Assembly (NCBI GenBank): GCA_947259075.1
Contig: CAMYKQ010000038.1
Span: 18,750-82,749 of the forward strand
Length of the DNA: 64,000 nucleotides
DNA from: an uncultured Gammaproteobacteria bacterium
GTDB taxonomy: Bacteria > Pseudomonadota > Gammaproteobacteria > DRLM01
Direction: 5' to 3'
Shown here: positions 8,440 to 19,883 of the stretch, in pieces
Position numbering within the stretch: position 1 is the first letter of the stretch
How the letters are laid out: each line of letters starts with the position of its first letter
Notes under the pieces: model-generated
What the model saw: only the letters and a program-made list of their open reading frames with translations
Told to the model about the DNA's origin: nothing
Database searches by the model: none
Position numbers and translations under genes: made by a program

Positions 8440-11064
8440 CTACCGTGTGCTCGCGAAGAAGGGCGGCACATCCTCCGCCGGTATTGGGCGGCTGAACAGG
8501 AACCCTTGCACCATATCGCAATGGTGTTCTCGCAAAAATTGCAATTGTCTTTCGTCTTCCACGCCTTCGGCGACTACGTTGAGCCGCAGATTATGGGCCA
8601 TGGCGATGATCGCCGCGGTGATAGCCATATCGTCGGGATCGTCGGGGATGTCTTTGACGAAGGAGCGATCTACTTTGAGGGTGTCGAGGGGGAAACGCTT
8701 TAAATAGCTCAGCGAGGAATAGCCGGTGCCGAAGTCGTCAATGGAGAGTTTAATGCCCATGGCTTTGAGCTCATGCAAGGTTTCCACGGTGGTGTCGGTG
8801 TTTTTCATGATGATGCCTTCGGTAAGTTCCAATTCCAGCAACTCGGGCGCTAAGCCGGTGTCTTTCAAAGCATGGCTCACCATGTCGATGAGATTTTTAT
8901 TGTTGAATTCACGATCCGAGAGATTGACTGCCACGCGCAGCGGGCCGAGGCCGGCTTCCTGCCACTGCCGTGCCTGACGGCAGGCGTTGTACAGCACCCA
9001 TTCACCGATGGGAATGATTAATCCGGTTTCCTCGGCGAGCGGGATGAAACTGAGCGGCGAGATCAAGCCCTGGTCTTCGCGGTCCCAGCGCAGCAAGGCC
9101 TCGGCGCTTATCATGCGCCGGCTCGCCATATCGATTTGCGGCTGATAGTGCAACACAAGTTCGCCGCGCAATAGGGCGCGGCGCAACGCGGCTTCCAGTT
9201 CCATGTTTTCCGCGGCGCGGGCATTCATCGCCGGGGAATAGAGTTGATAGGTGTTCTTGCCTTGTTCTTTGGCGCGGTACAGCGCGATGTCGGCATTGCG
9301 TAGCAGGGTGTGGGCGTCGCTACCGTCATCGGGGTAGAGGCTGATGCCCAGGCTCGCGGTGACGAAGAGCTCGCGCTTTTCCAGCAGAATGGGTTCGGAG
9401 AGGGCCGTGAAGACTTTTTCGACGATGTGCATCACGTCTTCGGTTTTACCCAGATCGGTGAGCAGCAGCGCGAACTCGTCGCCACCCAGACGCGCCACGC
9501 TGTCGCCGGGGCGCAGTAACGCGGAGAGGCGTTCCCCCGCGGCCTTGAGCAATTGATCGCCGGTGTTATGGCCGAGGGTGTTGTTGATGTTCTTGAAACG
9601 GTCGAGGTCAAGCATCAGCACCGCGACTTTATGCTTACGCCAGGGTGCGCGCGCCAAGGTCTGCTGGAGGCGGTCGGTGAATAATAGGCGGTTGGGCAGC
9701 AGGGTGAGCATGTCATGGGTGGCCATGTATTGCAGATTGCTCTCCGCCCGGCGTTGCTCGGAGAGGTCTTTCAACAGAAACACGCAGCCTTCGCCTTGGC
9801 CGGCGGCGCCGAGCCGGGCGCGTGAGACCAATACCTCGATCCGCTCGCCATTTTTGCGGCGTGCGAAGGTCTCCACGTTACGCAGGCGCAGGTGCAGCGC
9901 GTCCGCCGCGATGATGAAAGGTTCTTCTTTGGTTTCTTCCAGCAGCATGCCGATGGCCTTGTACGCCAGTTCTTCCTGGGCGTAGCCGAAGATTTCAGCG
10001 GCGGCTTGATTGCTGTGGCTGATCAGGCCATGGGTGTCGGTGACCAGCAGGGCGTCGGCCATGGAGGCGATGATATTGTCCAGATAGCTCTTGGCGGCGA
10101 GGTTTTCTTGGCTGGATTTTTTCAGCGCCTCGGCCATGGCGTTGAAGGTGAGGGCGAGCTCGCCCAGTTCGTCTTTATTGGCGACCGCGACGCGTGCATT
10201 GAGGTTGCCGGCGCTGATCCCGGCGCTGGCCTGCTGGAGCTGGCTGATGGGGGTGGCGATGGCCCGGGCGGCGAAGACCCCGAGCAGCAGGGCGATGGCG
10301 AAGGTGAGGGCGCCGGTGATGAGTAAGGCATTTTGCGTGGAGAGGATGGCGGTTTGCGCCGCCCCGCGGCGGTCGCTGAATTTTTGATTGGCGTGAGTGA
10401 TGGCGTCTTCGAGGGCGCTGAGCAAGGTCATTTCCCGCTCTTCCAAAATGTTTTTGCTGTCTAATACCGCGGCGTTCGTGGCCTGATGCTGCGAGAGGGT
10501 AATGAATTCATTGCTGGCCGCGATGAATTGATCGCCGGCCTGATCGATGCGCTCCGCCAGTTGGCTCGCCGTGGGCGAGGCGCTCTGCGCGAGGACTCGG
10601 TAACGGTGCAGATGGGTTTGATAGCGCTCGAGCCCCGCCTTGATAAGTTTGATTTCGGTTTGTGTCCCTTTCTCGCCGTCATGCCCTGGCAAGCCGCGGT
10701 CATCCGTTTCGAGCAGGGCGAGTTCGCTAGTGGAGGCCACCATCCGCAGGGTGCCGGCGCGCAATTCGTTCAAGGTGCTGATCAGGGGCAGGGTTTCGTC
10801 GGCGGCTTGGGAAAAGCTGGCGCCGATACGCTGCGTCGCCTCCAAGGAAAACGCCGCCACCCCGGCCACCAGCATGGCCACTAATAAATACCCAAGCAGC
10901 AGCCGGTTGCGAATGCTCAGAGAGGCTAATACAGCAGCGTGCGGTTTTGCGCGCGCCAGGGTGCTGGCGCCCGGGTTGCTGCCGGGCAGCGGCTTGGGGG
11001 CGGTCTCCTGGGGATGGGCTCTCTGGCGGCTGTCCGGAGGTAATGCGTGTATCGGTTCGCTCAT
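8440..11064 (-). CDS. membrane-bound diguanylate cyclase/phosphodiesterase (periplasmic sensor-HAMP-PAS-GGDEF-EAL)
   Basis: Two TM helices, HAMP (DELGELA), PAS, intact RLGGDEF, EALLRW and [10 protein letters not shown]. Confidence 0.93.
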   Translation of the reverse strand: MSEPIHALPPDSRQRAHPQETAPKPLPGSNPGASTLARAKPHAAVLASLSIRNRLLLGYLLVAMLVAGVAAFSLEATQRIGASFSQAADETLPLISTLNELRAGTLRMVASTSELALLETDDRGLPGHDGEKGTQTEIKLIKAGLERYQTHLHRYRVLAQSASPTASQLAERIDQAGDQFIAASNEFITLSQHQATNAAVLDSKNILEEREMTLLSALEDAITHANQKFSDRRGAAQTAILSTQNALLITGALTFAIALLLGVFAARAIATPISQLQQASAGISAGNLNARVAVANKDELGELALTFNAMAEALKKSSQENLAAKSYLDNIIASMADALLVTDTHGLISHSNQAAAEIFGYAQEELAYKAIGMLLEETKEEPFIIAADALHLRLRNVETFARRKNGERIEVLVSRARLGAAGQGEGCVFLLKDLSEQRRAESNLQYMATHDMLTLLPNRLLFTDRLQQTLARAPWRKHKVAVLMLDLDRFKNINNTLGHNTGDQLLKAAGERLSALLRPGDSVARLGGDEFALLLTDLGKTEDVMHIVEKVFTALSEPILLEKRELFVTASLGISLYPDDGSDAHTLLRNADIALYRAKEQGKNTYQLYSPAMNARAAENMELEAALRRALLRGELVLHYQPQIDMASRRMISAEALLRWDREDQGLISPLSFIPLAEETGLIIPIGEWVLYNACRQARQWQEAGLGPLRVAVNLSDREFNNKNLIDMVSHALKDTGLAPELLELELTEGIIMKNTDTTVETLHELKAMGIKLSIDDFGTGYSSLSYLKRFPLDTLKVDRSFVKDIPDDPDDMAITAAIIAMAHNLRLNVVAEGVEDERQLQFLREHHCDMVQGFLFSRPIPAEDVPPFFASTR

Positions 11065-11372
11065 ATCCGTGCTGTGTGCTGTCGTTGCAACGGAGCGTCT
11101 CCGCCTGGGTTGTTTGCTGCACCTGTCTTTGGGTCTTGAACGGGCGTACCTTTTTAGCGGTCTGGCGAGGGAAAACTTAATCGCAATGCGCCGTATGCAC
11201 CGCGCTGGCCAGCTTAATTACCTACTTATTTGCTTGGTTTGCAGCGGGGCTGGAATTATGGCAAAAAGGCGGCACGCTTGCCCTTGGTCCGGGAGCTCAG
11301 GTTTGATGGCGCGGGGCCGATGTGTTCAGTGAACTTAGGCGGTGACGCGAGGATGGCTGGGAGGCGAAGGGC

Positions 11373-13019
11373 ATGGATGCGGACGAGGTAGCAAAACGCT
11401 TACAGCACTTGCGGGAACAATACACCAGCGAGTTGCCCGGCAAGTTCGAGGCCATTCGCGCGGCCTGGGAGCGGCTTGAGGCGGCTTGGGGAGCGGAAAA
11501 TTTAAAAACGATCATCCGGCTCAGCCACAATCTGGCCGGTTCGGGGGCGACCTTCGGATTCCCTTTGTTGAGTGCCGCCGCGCGGGATTTGGAAAACCGT
11601 TTGCGTCAATGCGAGGGCGCGGCCGCGCCCTCCGCCGCGGAGCTCGATGCCTTGCGGGCCGCTGTGCGGGCATTGATCGCGGCGGGCGGGGCGGGCATGG
11701 AGCAAGCGGCAGCCAAGCCGCTGGTCTTGCGCGCCAAGAGCCCGTTCCAGGCCACCGGGGAAAACCGCTTTATTTATATCGTCGATGACGATACGGCCAC
11801 GGCGGAACAATTGGCCCTCCAGCTGCGCCGCTATGGCTACGAGATCGACGTGTTTTCCTCGCCCGCCGCGGCGCTGGCCGCCGTGGCGGCCAAGCCGCCC
11901 GCGGCCGTGCTCATGGACATCATCTTCCCTGAAGGGCGCTTGGCGGGCGTGGAAGTGGTGGCCGCGATACAGCGCGCCCGTCAGCATCCCTTGCCGGTTA
12001 TGTTTATGTCCTCCCGCGATGATTTAGAGGCCCGCTTGCACGCCGTGCGTAACGGCGGTATCGCCTATTTGACCAAGCCGGTTGATGCGGGCGCGCTGGT
12101 GGATAAATTGGATGATTTGCTGGCGCCGTCGCCCACGGAGCATTACCGGGTGTTGGTGGTCGATGATTCACCCCAGCTGGCCGCCTATTACGCTGAGATT
12201 CTGCGTGATGCGGGCATGGAGGTGGAGGCGGTATCGGATACTACCGCCATCATCGACTTGCTCAAACAATTCCGCCCCGATCTCATCCTGCTCGATCTGT
12301 ATATGCCCGGTTGCGATGGGCTGGAGCTGGCGGCGGTGATCCGGCAGCAGGAGGAGTGGGTGAGTACCGCCATCGTATTCTTATCGGCGGAAACCGATCT
12401 CGATATTCAGATGGATGCCTTGCGCCGGGGCGGGGATGATTTTCTGATTAAGCCGGTGGAGCCGCATCATTTGGCGGCGGCGGTGACGGCGCATGTGCGC
12501 CGCGCGCGGGAATTGCGCTCATATATGGTGCGCGACGGCCTCACCGGCTTGCTCAATCACAGCGCTATAAAAGAACAATTAGGGTTAGAGCTGGCGCGCT
12601 GTCTGCGCGAAAACCGTCCCCTGTCTTTCGCCATGCTGGATATCGACCATTTCAAACAGGTCAATGACCGTTATGGCCATGCCGCCGGTGACCGGGTTAT
12701 CACGAATCTATCCCGCCTGCTGCGCGACCGGCTGCGGGCCTCCGATATGGTGGGCCGTTACGGCGGTGAGGAATTCGCGATGGTGTTGATAGGCGCCGGC
12801 GCGGAGGATGCCAGGCGCCTGCTCGAGGCCATTCGTGAGGATTTCGCCGCGATGCGGCACGCGAGTGAGCAGGGTGAGTTCAGCGTTAGTTTCAGCGCCG
12901 GTATCGCGGCCTTTGCGGGGCATGCCGATGCCGCGGACCTCAATGAATGCGCTGACAAGGCCTTGTACGAGGCCAAGCGGGCCGGACGTAACCGCATCAT
13001 AGTGGCCGGCGTATCCTGA
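11373..13019 (+). CDS. Hpt-REC-REC-GGDEF diguanylate cyclase
   Basis: Hpt HNLAGSGATFG, two receiver domains (VLMD, ILLD), I-site RASD, RYGGEEF. Confidence 0.92.
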   Translation: MDADEVAKRLQHLREQYTSELPGKFEAIRAAWERLEAAWGAENLKTIIRLSHNLAGSGATFGFPLLSAAARDLENRLRQCEGAAAPSAAELDALRAAVRALIAAGGAGMEQAAAKPLVLRAKSPFQATGENRFIYIVDDDTATAEQLALQLRRYGYEIDVFSSPAAALAAVAAKPPAAVLMDIIFPEGRLAGVEVVAAIQRARQHPLPVMFMSSRDDLEARLHAVRNGGIAYLTKPVDAGALVDKLDDLLAPSPTEHYRVLVVDDSPQLAAYYAEILRDAGMEVEAVSDTTAIIDLLKQFRPDLILLDLYMPGCDGLELAAVIRQQEEWVSTAIVFLSAETDLDIQMDALRRGGDDFLIKPVEPHHLAAAVTAHVRRARELRSYMVRDGLTGLLNHSAIKEQLGLELARCLRENRPLSFAMLDIDHFKQVNDRYGHAAGDRVITNLSRLLRDRLRASDMVGRYGGEEFAMVLIGAGAEDARRLLEAIREDFAAMRHASEQGEFSVSFSAGIAAFAGHADAADLNECADKALYEAKRAGRNRIIVAGVS

Positions 13020-13088
13020 TCTTCCCTTCGCTTTTTCCCCCCGCCGCAAGCGTGTAATATTGAACCCTTTCCTTAAGGGGGTGCGGAT

Positions 13089-13634
13089 TTGGAGCAATTT
13101 CGAGGTACGACCATTCTGGCGGTGCGCCGCGGGGCGAAGGTGGCGATCGGCGGCGATGGCCAAGTGTCCTTGGGTAACACCGTGATGAAGGGCAACGCCC
13201 GCAAGGTGCGCCGCCTCTACGGCGAGCGCGTCATCGCCGGTTTCGCCGGCGGCACCGCCGACGCCTTCACTCTGTTCGAGCGCTTCGAAGGCAAGCTGGA
13301 GAAGCACTCCGGCAACTTGGTGCGCTCCGCGGTGGAGCTGGCCAAGGATTGGCGCACCGACCGCATGCTGCGGCGGCTGGAGGCCATGCTGATCGTGGCG
13401 GATCAACACAGCTCGCTGCTCATCTCCGGTAATGGCGACGTCATCGAGCCCGAACACGATCTCGCCGCCATCGGCTCCGGCGGTCCCTACGCGCAGTCGG
13501 CGGCGCGGGCGCTGATGCTGCACACCGACTTGGATGCGCGCGCGGTCGTCGAGCAGGCCTTGTCCATCGCCGCCGATATTTGCGTGTACACCAACCACAA
13601 CCTCACCATCGAGGAATTGGACGCGGCGCAGTGA
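13089..13634 (+). CDS. hslV: ATP-dependent protease subunit HslV
   Basis: TTILAVRR (catalytic Thr), [26 protein letters not shown] start. Confidence 0.97.
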   Translation: MEQFRGTTILAVRRGAKVAIGGDGQVSLGNTVMKGNARKVRRLYGERVIAGFAGGTADAFTLFERFEGKLEKHSGNLVRSAVELAKDWRTDRMLRRLEAMLIVADQHSSLLISGNGDVIEPEHDLAAIGSGGPYAQSAARALMLHTDLDARAVVEQALSIAADICVYTNHNLTIEELDAAQ

Positions 13635-13684
13635 GCGTCAGCGTGACTCTTCCAATAACGGCCCCCGGCGATCGAGAAGACCAG

Positions 13685-15016
<1,332 letters not shown>

Positions 15017-15104
15017 AAGGTGGTGAACGGCAATTTTAAAATTAGCTTAACCGGGAAACATACAACGCCTTACTCACCGTCCTCCGCCCGTAATCGAGAA
15101 CGTT

Positions 15105-15488
15105 ATGCCCCAGCAAAAATCCCGTCCCACTGATATTCGCCTTCACCGCGTTAGCCGCGTCTTGGAGGTCAGCTTCGACGATGGCAGTCATTACAAATTG
15201 CCCTGCGAATACCTGCGCGTGTATTCGCCCTCGGCCGAAGTGCGTGGTCACGGCCCCGGTCAGGAGGTGTTGCAGGTGGGCAAGGAGAATGTCAACATCA
15301 CCGCCATTGAGCCGACAGGGCATTATGCGGTGAAAATCTTTTTCGACGATGGCCATAGCTCTGGAATCTATACCTGGGATTTGCTGCACAATCTCGGCGA
15401 ACATCAGGCGGCGCTGTGGCAGGATTATTTGGATGCCCTGGCCAAGGCCGGCCATCAGCGCACACCCCCTTCAACAACGGCGCAATAG
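15105..15488 (+). CDS. DUF971 (gamma-butyrobetaine hydroxylase-like N-terminal) protein
   Basis: [16 protein letters not shown] and [10 protein letters not shown]; usual position between hslU and ubiE. Confidence 0.88.
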   Translation: MPQQKSRPTDIRLHRVSRVLEVSFDDGSHYKLPCEYLRVYSPSAEVRGHGPGQEVLQVGKENVNITAIEPTGHYAVKIFFDDGHSSGIYTWDLLHNLGEHQAALWQDYLDALAKAGHQRTPPSTTAQ

Positions 15489-15489
15489 C

Positions 15490-16242
15490 ATGACTGATCG
15501 TGACTCCTCCGGCTCCACTCACTTCGGCTACCAGCGCGTGGCCGCGGAAGACAAAGCGCGTTTGGTGGCGGGTGTCTTCGATTCGGTGGCCGGTAAATAC
15601 GACCTGATGAATGATCTGATGTCGCTCGGCGTGCATCGCCTGTGGAAGCGCTTCACCCTTGAGCTCAGCGGCGTGAGCGCGGGACAGCGGGTGTTGGACG
15701 TGGCCTCGGGCACGGGTGATCTCGCCGCCGCCTTCGCCGGACGCGTGGGCGCCGAAGGCAGGGTGATCTCCACCGATATCAACAACGCCATGCTCAGCCG
15801 CGGCCGTGACGCGATCATCGAGCGCGGCATCGCCGGCAACGTCGATTACGCTCAAGCCAATGCCGAAAGCCTGCCCTTCGCCGCCGCCAGTTTCGATTGC
15901 GTCAGCATCGCCTTCGGTCTGCGCAATGTCACTGACATTCCCGCCGCCCTCGCCTCGATGCATCGCGTGCTCAAACCCGGCGGGCGTTTGCTGGTGCTGG
16001 AATTTTCCAAGCCGCTGGCGCCGGTGCGGCCTTTATACGATGTGTATTCGAAAGTATTGCCCTGGCTGGGCAAGGCGGTGACCGGCGACGCCGACAGTTA
16101 CCGTTATCTGGTGGAGTCCATCCGCATGCACCCCGATCAAGCCACGCTGAAAAAAATGATGATCGCGGCCGGGTTCAGTCATTGTGATTTTTACAATTTG
16201 AGCGGCGGCATCGTCGCCCTGCACCGGGCCTATAAATTGTGA
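15490..16242 (+). CDS. ubiE: ubiquinone/menaquinone biosynthesis C-methyltransferase
   Basis: [49 protein letters not shown]. Confidence 0.96.
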   Translation: MTDRDSSGSTHFGYQRVAAEDKARLVAGVFDSVAGKYDLMNDLMSLGVHRLWKRFTLELSGVSAGQRVLDVASGTGDLAAAFAGRVGAEGRVISTDINNAMLSRGRDAIIERGIAGNVDYAQANAESLPFAAASFDCVSIAFGLRNVTDIPAALASMHRVLKPGGRLLVLEFSKPLAPVRPLYDVYSKVLPWLGKAVTGDADSYRYLVESIRMHPDQATLKKMMIAAGFSHCDFYNLSGGIVALHRAYKL

Positions 16243-16733
16243 TCCGCGGCGCGCAGGTCCAGTACGCCGGGTTTTGGCGGCGCGCCGCCGCCTCGCTGAT
16301 CGACACCTTGATTTTCGGATTGATAATCGGCGTGGCGTGGGCGCTGCTAGGCGTGAGTGGCGCACCGCAAACCGGCGCGGCGCCCGGACCGCAGCTCACC
16401 AACGCGGCCAGCATCCCGGTTCTGTTGGCGCAGAATTTATTGCCTGTACTGATCACGGTGTTCTTCTGGGTTAAATTTCTTGGCACGCCCGGCAAGCTCT
16501 TGCTGGGTTGCCAAGTGGTGGACGCGCGCAGCGGCGCGCGTTTAAACGTGGCGCAGGCGATCTTGCGTTATCTCGCCTATTTCGTCTCGGCCTTGCCGCT
16601 GGGTCTGGGTTTTTTGTGGGTCGCTTGGGATAAACGCAAACAAGGCTTCCACGATAAAATAGCCAAGACCGTGGTGGTGATGGAGGATGCGTCGCGCGCG
16701 CCGCTGCCGGATTTTGAAAAGGATTGGACGTGA
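16239..16733 (+). CDS. RDD family membrane protein
   Basis: [36 protein letters not shown] overlap with the ubiE stop. Confidence 0.9.
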   Translation: MIRGAQVQYAGFWRRAAASLIDTLIFGLIIGVAWALLGVSGAPQTGAAPGPQLTNAASIPVLLAQNLLPVLITVFFWVKFLGTPGKLLLGCQVVDARSGARLNVAQAILRYLAYFVSALPLGLGFLWVAWDKRKQGFHDKIAKTVVVMEDASRAPLPDFEKDWT

Positions 16734-17356
16734 TTATTCCCTCGCTGTTGCTGGCCGGACTGGAAAGCGCCGTGAATCGTTATCTCGCGCTCGATCCCGC
16801 CACGCTGGCGCGCCTCGCGCCGCTCAGCGGCAAGGTCGTCGCCCTGGAATTGCGCGGTCTCAATCTCACTTTTTATATGGCGCCAAATGCGGGTGGCCTG
16901 CAATTGCTTGGTGATTACGCCGGGTTGCCCGACACCGTCATCAGCGGCGCGCCCTTCAGTCTGGCGCGCCTTGGCATTGCGCGCGGTGAGCGCGGCGCCT
17001 TGTTCAAAGGCGATGTGCAAGTGCGCGGTGATGTGGAAGCGGGTCAACGTTTCGAGGCGGTGCTGCGCGAGATCGACATCGATTGGGAAGAGCAGCTCTC
17101 GCGCCTGGTGGGCGATGTCGCGGCGCATCAAATGGGCGTGGCCTTGCGCGGCATGCGCGCCTGGGGCGCGCAAGGCTTGGATAATCTGGGGCGAGATGCC
17201 GCCGATTATCTGCAAGAGGAAAGCAGTCAGCTGCCGAGCCGTGAAGAGGTGAGTGAATTTCTCGCGGCGGTGGATGGCGTGCGGAGCGACGCCGATCGTC
17301 TCACGGCGCGGGTGAAGCGGATTGAGGCGTGGCTCGCGCCGCGTGACGCTTCATGA
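16724..17356 (+). CDS. ubiJ: ubiquinone biosynthesis accessory factor (SCP2 domain)
   Basis: NRYLALDP, L.GKVVALE, IDWEEQLSRLVGD, ADYLQEE; lies between ubiE and ubiB. Confidence 0.88.
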   Translation: MDVIIPSLLLAGLESAVNRYLALDPATLARLAPLSGKVVALELRGLNLTFYMAPNAGGLQLLGDYAGLPDTVISGAPFSLARLGIARGERGALFKGDVQVRGDVEAGQRFEAVLREIDIDWEEQLSRLVGDVAAHQMGVALRGMRAWGAQGLDNLGRDAADYLQEESSQLPSREEVSEFLAAVDGVRSDADRLTARVKRIEAWLAPRDAS

Positions 17357-19059
17357 GTGTTGAACGGCGCGAGGAGCGCGGCGAAGGTTTTTTCATGCTG
17401 ATGTTTCATCCGCGGCAGTTGCTGCGGCTGTTGCACATTAATATCGTGCTGATGCGCAATGGTCTGGATGACATCGTGCTTGCCACGCATTTGTTCCGGC
17501 CGGTGCGCTTCGTGCGCTATTTTCTGCCGTGGCATTGGTTCCGCGGCGAGCAGCCGCCGCGCGGCGTGCGCATCCGCCGCGCGCTGGAAGAACTGGGGCC
17601 GATCTTCGTCAAGTTCGGGCAAATGCTCTCCACCCGCCGTGATTTGCTGGCGGACGATATCGCCGTGGAGCTCACTAAATTGCAAGATCGCGTGCCGCCG
17701 TTTCCCGGCGCGGAGTCGCGCGCCATCATCGAAAAGGCCTTGGGTAAACCGGTAGCTGAACTCTTCGCTTATTTCGAGGAGACGCCGCACGCCTCCGCCT
17801 CCATCGCCCAAGTGCATCTCGCGCGTTTGCATGACGGCCGCGAGGTGATCGTTAAAGTGGTGCGGCCGCACATCGGCAAAATCATCGGGCGCGACATCGG
17901 CTTGCTCTATGTGGTGGCCGGGCTCGCCGAACACTATTGGAGCGAGGGCCGGCGTTTGCGGCCGCGTGAAGTCGTGGCCGAATACGAAAAGACCATCAAC
18001 GACGAACTCGACCTGTTGCGCGAAGCGGCCAACGCCTCGCAGCTGCGGCGCAATTTTCAAGACTCGGACCTGCTCTACGTGCCCGAGATACATTGGCCGC
18101 TCAGCCGCCGCAATGTGATGGTGATGGAGCGCATTCACGGTACGCCCATCGGTGATATCGCCGCGCTCAAGGCGCAGAACATCGATCTCAAGCAGCTTTC
18201 CGAGCGCGGCGTGGAAATATTCTTCACCCAAGTGTTCCGCCACAGTTTTTTTCACGCCGATATGCACCCGGGTAATATTTTCGTCTCGCCACAGGGGCAA
18301 TACATCGCGGTGGATTTCGGCATCATGGGCACGCTCAATCCCGTGGATCAGCGTTATCTCGCGGAAAACTTCGTGGCCTTTTTCCGCCGCGATTACCGCC
18401 GTGTCGCCGAGCTGCACGTCTTGTCGGGCTGGGTGCCGGCGGGCACGCGGGTGGATGAATTCGAGGCGGCGATTCGCACCGTGTGCGAGCCGATCTTCGA
18501 ACGGCCGCTGAGTGAGATTTCCTTCGGTCAATTATTGTTGCGTCTGTTTCAAACCGCGCGGCGTTTCAATATGGAAGTGCAGCCGCAATTGGTGCTATTG
18601 CAAAAAACCCTGCTCAATATTGAAGGCCTGGGCCGCGATCTCTATCCCGAACTGGATTTGTGGCAGACCGCTAAGCCGTTTCTCGAGCGCTGGATGAGTG
18701 AGCAAGTCGGACCGCGCGCGTTTTTAAACGGCATCAAGGAAAACGCGCCGCGCTGGGCCGAGCGTCTGCCCGAAATCCCAGCCCTCTTGTTTGATGTCTT
18801 GCACCGTGTTGAGAACGGCCAGCTCAAAGTGAAAAGCGACAGCGCAGAATTGCACGAACTGCATCGTAGTTTGCGTCAAGGCCAGCAGCAGTTATACGTG
18901 GCCATTGTCGGCGCCGCATTGCTCATCGCCGCCGCGGTCATCCTCGGTCTCGACGGCTACGCGCCAGTGATGGCGGGTAACGCCCCCTTACTCTCTTGGG
19001 TATTGGGTGGCTTGGGCGGCGCGCTGTTGTTGCTGGCTTGGCCGGGGCGGCGGAATTGA
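17353..19059 (+). CDS. ubiB: ubiquinone biosynthesis kinase-like protein
   Basis: LGPIFVKFGQ, ASASIAQVH, FFHADMHPGN, DFGIMG, LLQKTLL. True start may be ~17395. Confidence 0.95.
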   Translation: MSVERREERGEGFFMLMFHPRQLLRLLHINIVLMRNGLDDIVLATHLFRPVRFVRYFLPWHWFRGEQPPRGVRIRRALEELGPIFVKFGQMLSTRRDLLADDIAVELTKLQDRVPPFPGAESRAIIEKALGKPVAELFAYFEETPHASASIAQVHLARLHDGREVIVKVVRPHIGKIIGRDIGLLYVVAGLAEHYWSEGRRLRPREVVAEYEKTINDELDLLREAANASQLRRNFQDSDLLYVPEIHWPLSRRNVMVMERIHGTPIGDIAALKAQNIDLKQLSERGVEIFFTQVFRHSFFHADMHPGNIFVSPQGQYIAVDFGIMGTLNPVDQRYLAENFVAFFRRDYRRVAELHVLSGWVPAGTRVDEFEAAIRTVCEPIFERPLSEISFGQLLLRLFQTARRFNMEVQPQLVLLQKTLLNIEGLGRDLYPELDLWQTAKPFLERWMSEQVGPRAFLNGIKENAPRWAERLPEIPALLFDVLHRVENGQLKVKSDSAELHELHRSLRQGQQQLYVAIVGAALLIAAAVILGLDGYAPVMAGNAPLLSWVLGGLGGALLLLAWPGRRN

Positions 19060-19118
19060 TGTAGAAGGCGTGTCGTTTATTCGCGGCGGCAGCCGGGTTG
19101 GCTTTTTGCTTCTCTTAG

Positions 19119-19615
19119 GGTGCTCCGAGGAACTCAAGCCATCGCCACTCTGAAGGCGGGCATTCAATCCACGCCCCAATCGCAAGCGATGATGATTTTT
19201 CTTTCAATGCCGCTTGCTGCCCAGAAGCAGCCGGTCATCACTGGGTGTATATGTCCTAACAGGGCGCAGATCTCCTCGCCATTAACTGTTTAGTAATTGC
19301 GGCTAACGGATGGCTGGCTGCTGTTTTATCCAGCCCGTGATAACGCGCCTTGTTACAACCAAAGCGGCGTTTGGTGTGAGAGAATGCGTGTTTGACCTTG
19401 GCGCGCACGCTGGCTTTGATTCGCCCGGCTTGAGAGTGTGGCTGGCGTCTGGTAAATCGCCTGCTTGCCAGGGTGCGAGGTGACAGGTCAGTCCGCCTTG
19501 CGTTTGCGATGTTCTTTCCGCTGTTGAATGTCCAGATAGTCTGCGTCACCTCACATCCCCTGATCTTAGCCATGCAATACTTTCCCGGCCATGGTGAGAT
19601 CTGTAGTTCGAGAGC
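19119..19615 (-). mobile_element. degraded IS5-family transposase remnant (3' part)
   Basis: Minus strand reads GKVLHG*DQGM*GDADYLDIQQRKEHRKRKAD*..HPGK, then after a frameshift KASVRAKVKHAF..KRRFG..KARYHGL, matching IS5 DDE and C-terminal motifs. Possible end TTAG|GGTGCTCCGAGGAAC at 19115-19133. Confidence 0.75.
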
Positions 19616-19883
19616 GCATCGCCCATTACAGGATTGCCCGGGTTGTAGCCGAGCCGCAAGCAGTGAACACGAATTTTGATAGATTTGATACATGTTTTGC
19701 GGCGGCCACTGGAGCTGCCGGGCCGCGGCTGACCCGTGCGGAAACATCATGCTTTTATTTCACGGGTTTTCCGCCGTCATTACCAAGTTATGCGGGCGTT
19801 AATATCCCGGCATGAATTTACCCGTGGCCAATCGGCGGGCGATGTTATAATCAGCGAAAATTTATTGTATTTAAGGGCATATT

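Noticed and set aside
13020..13088. Expected sigma32 promoter for hslVU
   Set aside because: No convincing CTTGAA-N13-17-CCCCAT match found.
13580..13684. N-terminal extension of HslU, and similar extensions on ubiE, glyQ, glyS and gmhB in the ORF track
   Set aside because: Longest-ORF artefacts; family homology begins at downstream starts.
17227..18531. 434-aa minus-strand ORF, and similar ones at 38282-39445, 12708-13598 and 24127-24996
   Set aside because: Overlap well-supported genes on the opposite strand and lack family motifs.
19256..19750. 164-aa ORF as an intact gene
   Set aside because: Only its 3' part matches IS5 transposase; the upstream transposase motifs are in another frame with stops, so it is treated as a relic.
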